The translations under genes and the position numbers were made by a program. The notes below the pieces were generated by a model. The model saw only the letters and a list, made by a program, of their open reading frames with translations. It was not told where the DNA came from and made no database searches. Shown one piece after another: positions 39,400-44,358 of a stretch of DNA of 44,358 nt (positions are counted from its first letter, which is position 1; every line of letters begins with the position of its first letter). The DNA is from Opitutia bacterium (lineage in GTDB: Bacteria; Verrucomicrobiota; Verrucomicrobiia; Opitutales; T3Sed10-336), in assembly GCA_050506795.1 (NCBI GenBank), contig JBJHCF010000029.1:1-44358 (forward strand). The letters run 5' to 3'.

Positions 39400-39891
39400 T
39401 CAACGTGATGCGGCCGTCCAGGTCACGAAGCGGAAACGTATCTGGGGGCAACCGCCCGGGAGCAGGTGAACCTCGTTGAGAGTGACCCGCCGGATTGAAG
39501 CAAAGAGAGCGTCGAGCGACGGGGGTGTCAGGCTGAGCGAATAGGTGTGGGCGGGATAACCGCGCCCCGGCGAAACCGACACCCTTATCTGGCGCTCCAG
39601 CCAGCGCCGGAGACGGTACGAGGCCAGGTAGTGACCTTGTTCCAGCCGCGGGCGCACCCGGTAAAATCGTTCCAAGGTCTCCTGCGCATCGTCCCGCTGG
39701 AGAAGGGTGAATTTCAGGTCGAGGAGACGGTCCGTCAGCGCCGGATCCGCCGTCCCGGATTCGGCCAGCAAGGAGTCAAGGATCGTGTGCTCGCAACGGG
39801 AGTGCGGTGGCTCGTCGAGGAACGCCGCCGGAACCGGTCCGCCGATCAGAACCGGCATGGGTTGGTTAATATTGGAAAAAGAAAGATCCAT
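39400..39891 (-). CDS. Hypothetical protein
   Basis: 163-aa ORF filling the gap, co-oriented with the GH gene, with an AT-rich upstream region. No recognised motif. Confidence 0.5.
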   Translation of the reverse strand: MDLSFSNINQPMPVLIGGPVPAAFLDEPPHSRCEHTILDSLLAESGTADPALTDRLLDLKFTLLQRDDAQETLERFYRVRPRLEQGHYLASYRLRRWLERQIRVSVSPGRGYPAHTYSLSLTPPSLDALFASIRRVTLNEVHLLPGGCPQIRFRFVTWTAASR

Positions 39892-40680
39892 CGAATTAAA
39901 TGATACTGTGTCTCATTTACAGTAGAATTGCGAATTTGCAAGTAGGATCGCAAATTCCTCCGGCGGGGCATCCGCGGCCTTTTTATTTCCGCCCTTTGAT
40001 CCGTATTCTTTGGTGAAAAATCAAAAATGCTAAATTGCCGGTATGAAGTGTTTTCTTATGCGGTCTTTGAACGCCAAATGAGAGAACCGTGCGCAGGCTT
40101 TCCGCACAAAAACGTCTCTGACTGAATCCTGGAGAGCACTTCCCAAAACCCAAATCACCAGAACGCCTCTTCAATTCCGGCGCTACTGATCCTCGGAATT
40201 GAACAGGAATGCTCTATTGGCGAGGGTTGCCGAACATTGTCTAATGGGGACATGCTAAAATTGGTTCAAGGAAGGTTCTGTTTCTGTATCAATAAGTTCC
40301 ATACAAAGACCAAATAGTAGCGCTAATGTGCGGAATCGAAACTGCAACTACCAACGTTCCGCTAATACAAAATAATGTAATCGATATTGACATACACTGT
40401 GATTGTTACCAACATGCAGGGTGCTGGGCATCGAGTGCACGGTTGCATTTAGGCCCATCACCACAACAGAAAAAGCACACGACCTTCTTCGGCTCCTGCG
40501 AGTCCCGGCCATTATGCGGACTCGTCCGGTTGCAGCATATGTGCTGCCCTGCGCGGAGATCTGAATCCGCTGGGTATGCGGGCATTGGGGTGCTTCCAAT
40601 GGCCGTTCCACAACAGTTTCGAAAACCTGGATTGTTACCGCTGAGGGTATCCTCAGTTTTTCCTCCCGAGTTTTCCCTCC

Positions 40681-42462
40681 ATGAATGGAATGAGCATTGC
40701 GCGGCTTGCCGCGTGCCTCCTTCTTGTCACCGCGGCGCATGAGGCCGCCGCCCAGTGGACGACCGAGACCTTCGAGCTGAAGTCCGGATGGACCGCTTTT
40801 TATCTCCACATCGACCCCTCCCACGCCACCATCAACACCCTGTTGGCGGCGGACCCGAATAGCCCGATCGACGAGATCTGGCTGTGGGTGCCCGGCACCG
40901 GCGCGATGCAGTTCTACGACAGCCCCGAGCAGCCGACCGACGGCAGTACGCAGTGGCTGAAGTGGACCCGCAACCTGGGTCCCGCCTCGCCGCTGCAGCG
41001 GCTGGTGCCCAACGCCGCCTACCTGATATCCGTGCGCCGTGACTACACGTGGACGCTCACCGGGCGGCCGGTGCCGCCGCACCTTTCCTGGACGAGCACG
41101 GGGATGAACTTCCTCGGTTTCTCGACGCCGCGGGCCGGCCCGCCGACCTGGGAAAGTTTCCTCGGGCCCGACACCTCGCTCCACGCGTACGCGGAGATCT
41201 ATTTCTATCCCGGCGGAAAACTCGGCAGTAAGAACCCGATGCTTCTACTCGACCTGCGCAACGCCCGGGTGCGGCGCGGGCAGGCCTACTGGGTGCGCGC
41301 CGAGGAGTACAACCGCTACTTCGGCCCGTTCGAACTGTCTCTCCAAAGCGCGGGCGGCATTCTTTTCCACGACCGCCTGGGGCAATACCGCCTCCGCCTG
41401 AACAATGCCACCAACCAATCCATCACCGTCACCGGGACACTCCTCCCCTCCGTCGCGCCTCCGGCCGGACAGATTCCGATCGCCGACACTCCGCCGCTGC
41501 TCATGCGCGGGGAACTCGACCTCACCGATCTCACCTACGCATTTACGCGTTTCTCCGAAGGCCCGCAGACGTGGTCGCTTGCGCCCAGGGGCCAGCCGGG
41601 TTCCGAAATCGAAATCACCCTCGGCCTCGACCGTTCGCTCATGAGCGGGCAGCCCGGCACCGTTTTTGCCGGCATCCTGCGCCTGAGCGATTCCCTGGGA
41701 CATTCGCAATTCGATCTTCCGGTGTCGGCCGAGGTGGCCTCCGACGCCGGCCTCTGGGTCGGCAACGCCCTGGTGACGGAGGTTCAACACTACCTGGCGG
41801 AGTACGAGTTGACGAATACCGGCGGGCCGGCGCAGGCGGCGGATGGCAGTTACATTGTGACCGGGATCGACGAGAGCCTGGGACCGGTCTCGCGGCCGTT
41901 TCCCTTGCGCTTGATCGTCCATAACAGCGGGCAGGGGGATGCCCGCCTCCTGCAAAGGGTCTATATAGGCCATCAAACGACCGAGAACGTGGTCATCGCC
42001 CGCCGGGAGAGCGTGCTTCACCCCTCCCTCTTGTCCGCCGCCCGGCGGATCAGTGTCGTTCACCTGCCCTGGAGCGACGAGAACGTTTCCTGGGCCTTCA
42101 GCGGCCGGCTCCGGCTGGGGGCCGACATCAGCGTCACGGTCCCGATTCACTACGACGATCAAGCGTCCAATCCGTTCGTCCACAGCTATCACCCGGACCA
42201 CGACAACCGGGACGCGACTTTCAACCAGACGCTTCCGCAGGGGTTCGAATCCTACGGCGTGACTCGCATCCTGCGCCTGCAGGTCATTCCTCCCCTTGCC
42301 GACGGCGACTTTGTGTCGCTCACCGGTTCGAGCACGACCCTTTCCGGCCTTTACGAGGAAACGTTGATCCTCGAAGGCAGGAACGGCGCGCAACGCCAGT
42401 TACAAACCCGGGGCGCTTTCGCCCTCAATCGTATCAGTGACATCGCGACGATCGCCGACTGA
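40681..42462 (+). CDS. Secreted hypothetical protein (NPFxHxYHPDHDN motif)
   Basis: Signal peptide ending AAA|Q, beta-rich body, strong high-GC codon bias, C-terminal NPFVHSYHPDHDN. Confidence 0.8.
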   Translation: MNGMSIARLAACLLLVTAAHEAAAQWTTETFELKSGWTAFYLHIDPSHATINTLLAADPNSPIDEIWLWVPGTGAMQFYDSPEQPTDGSTQWLKWTRNLGPASPLQRLVPNAAYLISVRRDYTWTLTGRPVPPHLSWTSTGMNFLGFSTPRAGPPTWESFLGPDTSLHAYAEIYFYPGGKLGSKNPMLLLDLRNARVRRGQAYWVRAEEYNRYFGPFELSLQSAGGILFHDRLGQYRLRLNNATNQSITVTGTLLPSVAPPAGQIPIADTPPLLMRGELDLTDLTYAFTRFSEGPQTWSLAPRGQPGSEIEITLGLDRSLMSGQPGTVFAGILRLSDSLGHSQFDLPVSAEVASDAGLWVGNALVTEVQHYLAEYELTNTGGPAQAADGSYIVTGIDESLGPVSRPFPLRLIVHNSGQGDARLLQRVYIGHQTTENVVIARRESVLHPSLLSAARRISVVHLPWSDENVSWAFSGRLRLGADISVTVPIHYDDQASNPFVHSYHPDHDNRDATFNQTLPQGFESYGVTRILRLQVIPPLADGDFVSLTGSSTTLSGLYEETLILEGRNGAQRQLQTRGAFALNRISDIATIAD

Positions 42463-42521
42463 TTCCGCCGGGCGCGACAGCCCGATCTTCTTTTTGGCCA
42501 AATCCTAAATCCAAAATTCCA

Positions 42522-44120
42522 ATGAAACCTTGTCTTATCCGCCTTGGCGCCATCATTGCCACGAGTCTGCTTCTGGCCGGTTCGCTCCAGGGGCAGTTTT
42601 CCACGCCCGGCTCCCCGCCGGAGCTGCTTTCCTATCAGGGCTACCTTGTCGATACGAACGGAAATCCGCTCGGCACCGACGGCCTTGGCAATCCGCAGCC
42701 GACCAACTATGACGTGCTCTTCCGGATTTATGCGCAGGCCGGCGGGGACACGGCGCTCTGGACGGAACAGCAGACGATCACGGTCGATGCCGGCTATTTC
42801 AGCGTCCTCCTGGGCGAGGGCGCGATCTTCGGCAGCGATCCGCGTCCGAACCTCTCCACGATCTTTTGCGGTCTGGACGGCACCGAGCGCTTCGTCGGGA
42901 TCTCCGTGCGGCTCGCCGTGGGCGGCGAGTTTACCGAGATCCTTCCGCGGCTGCGCCTGCTCACTTCGCCCTACGCGTTCCTGTCCACGAGCGCCAACCA
43001 ACTGGTGACACCGCAAGGCTCCGCCCTCGTCACCGCCGATGGCACAAACCTGACGGTGACCGGCAGCGTGAGCGCCACCGGTTTCTCCGGCAGCGGCGCC
43101 TCCCTCACCGCGCTCAACGCAGGCAACATGACCACGGGAACGCTGCACGCCGATCGCGTCCCAAACCTGAGCGCAACAAAGGTAACCACCGGCGTCTTTC
43201 ACGTGGACCGGATTCCCAACCTGAACGCGGCGAAAATCAACGCCGGCACACTGGCCGACGCGCGCCTGAGCACGAATATTCCCCGCCTGGCCAGCGCGCA
43301 GACCTTCAGCCAGCAGAATATCTTTACCGGCGGCATTCGTTTAAGTGACAGCAACCTCTATCTTCGCGGCGGTACCGACGCCAGCCACGGTCTGGGGTGG
43401 CACGGGGCGTTTGGAGGAATGGCCGTAGATGGACCCGTTTTGTTCGGTAATGCGGGCGGTGTGCTGGGAACCAACCACGGCGGCACGCAGAAGGCCGCCC
43501 TGCGCTGGGGAGGCGACCGCGTGGTGCATATCCCCAACCAACTCACCGTCGGCACCCCCGAATGGTCCTCCACGAATTTCGGTATGCGCGTTCAGAATAA
43601 CTTCACCGACCAAATAATAAGGATCGATTATGAACGCTTCCTGTTCTTTGCTCCCCCTGAGGTCCAGCTGAGCCTCCATCACTTTAGACGGCCGCGGTTT
43701 GAATGGCTGTTTGGAGATGAGGTAGTGATGCGCTTGCCCAGTAGCGGTAACCTTATGATCACAGGCACCCTTTCGCAGGGCAGCGATCGCAACCGCAAGG
43801 AAAACCTCCATGCGCTCGATTCGGCCGGGGTTCTCGCCCAGGTCGTCGATCTGCCCCTCTACGAATGGAGCTTCATCGGCAGACCGGAATCCATCCACAT
43901 CGGGCCGATGGCCCAGGATTTCTACGCTGCGTTCAACCTCGGTGAAAGCGAAACCTCGCTGGTGCCGTCGGACCTGGCCGGCGTCGCCCTCGCGGCCATC
44001 CAGGGGCTGCACGCGGTGGTGCGAGAGCAGGAGGCCGAAATCGCCGACCTGCGCCAGTCCGTGGCCGGACTCCAGGCGGCCGTCCAGGCGCTGGTGGAAG
44101 CGCAGGCGGCCGGACAGTAA
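42522..44120 (+). CDS. Secreted tail-fibre-like protein with C-terminal peptidase S74 intramolecular chaperone
   Basis: Signal peptide; PELLSYQGYLVD...GYFSVLLG N-domain; 18-aa fibre repeats; SDRNRKEN...HIGPMAQDF...AAIQGL plus a terminal coiled coil. Confidence 0.85.
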   Translation: MKPCLIRLGAIIATSLLLAGSLQGQFSTPGSPPELLSYQGYLVDTNGNPLGTDGLGNPQPTNYDVLFRIYAQAGGDTALWTEQQTITVDAGYFSVLLGEGAIFGSDPRPNLSTIFCGLDGTERFVGISVRLAVGGEFTEILPRLRLLTSPYAFLSTSANQLVTPQGSALVTADGTNLTVTGSVSATGFSGSGASLTALNAGNMTTGTLHADRVPNLSATKVTTGVFHVDRIPNLNAAKINAGTLADARLSTNIPRLASAQTFSQQNIFTGGIRLSDSNLYLRGGTDASHGLGWHGAFGGMAVDGPVLFGNAGGVLGTNHGGTQKAALRWGGDRVVHIPNQLTVGTPEWSSTNFGMRVQNNFTDQIIRIDYERFLFFAPPEVQLSLHHFRRPRFEWLFGDEVVMRLPSSGNLMITGTLSQGSDRNRKENLHALDSAGVLAQVVDLPLYEWSFIGRPESIHIGPMAQDFYAAFNLGESETSLVPSDLAGVALAAIQGLHAVVREQEAEIADLRQSVAGLQAAVQALVEAQAAGQ

Positions 44121-44145
44121 CCGTACCGGCAAGGGAGACAATGTC

Positions 44146-44358
44146 ATGAAACAACGTTCCGTCACTTTCAGTCGCCTCGCGACGGTGGTCGCGTGGACAC
44201 TGGCGGCTTCCTTTGCCGCCGCGCAAAGCCCGGCCCTGCCGCTGGAGATCCAGCAGGAAAAAACCCCCTACAACCTCCAGTCGGCCGCCGGTCGGCCGCT
44301 GTCGTCCGAGCCGGAGGTTCCTCCGGGGTCGGACGGGCGCGCGCCCACTCCCCAGGAG
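44146..44358 (+). CDS. Secreted protein, 5' part (runs off the window)
   Basis: MKQRSVTFSRLATVVAWTLAASFAAAQSP..., open to the window end, with a signal-peptide pattern and upstream AAGGGAG. Confidence 0.75.
   Translation, partial: MKQRSVTFSRLATVVAWTLAASFAAAQSPALPLEIQQEKTPYNLQSAAGRPLSSEPEVPPGSDGRAPTPQE

Noticed and set aside
39906..39922. LexA SOS box
   Set aside because: Spacing is CTGT-N9-ACAG rather than N8, and the verrucomicrobial LexA motif is different (TGTTC-N4-GAACA).
40326..40742. 138-aa Cys/His-rich ORF
   Set aside because: Atypical composition, overlaps the next gene's start in another frame, and has no motif.
42522..44120. Prophage tail region
   Set aside because: Signal peptides are present and no phage structural, packaging, lysis or integration genes are in view.

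Overview
Chromosomal window from a high-GC bacterium, most likely Verrucomicrobiota (Opitutales-like). This is inferred from a Verru_Chthon/PilX-type giant protein, a delta-60 protein with a DPDGDG...ASTNL..W tail, and the style of the RAYT transposases. It holds housekeeping genes (mdh, glgP, dnaE, dsbD-like, grpE-dnaJ-prmC, glutaredoxin, gltB, PPi-PFK, queF, tRNA-Pro), two glycoside hydrolases, and two divergent RAYT-like HUH transposase paralogs, one missed by the ORF track. At the right edge begins an operon of signal-peptide-bearing proteins, including a phage-tail-fibre-like S74 protein, with no phage genes. Notable unannotated signals: a compact 6S-like RNA behind an EVE gene; a 34-aa membrane microprotein; a 3x18-bp palindrome array (29-bp period) inside a decayed SatD-DUF3307 module; a DsbD-like protein lacking its N-domain cysteines; repeat-derived in-frame insertions in DnaE; and a C-to-G strand-skew switch at the second RAYT promoter. 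All family assignments come from motif recognition, not database searches.
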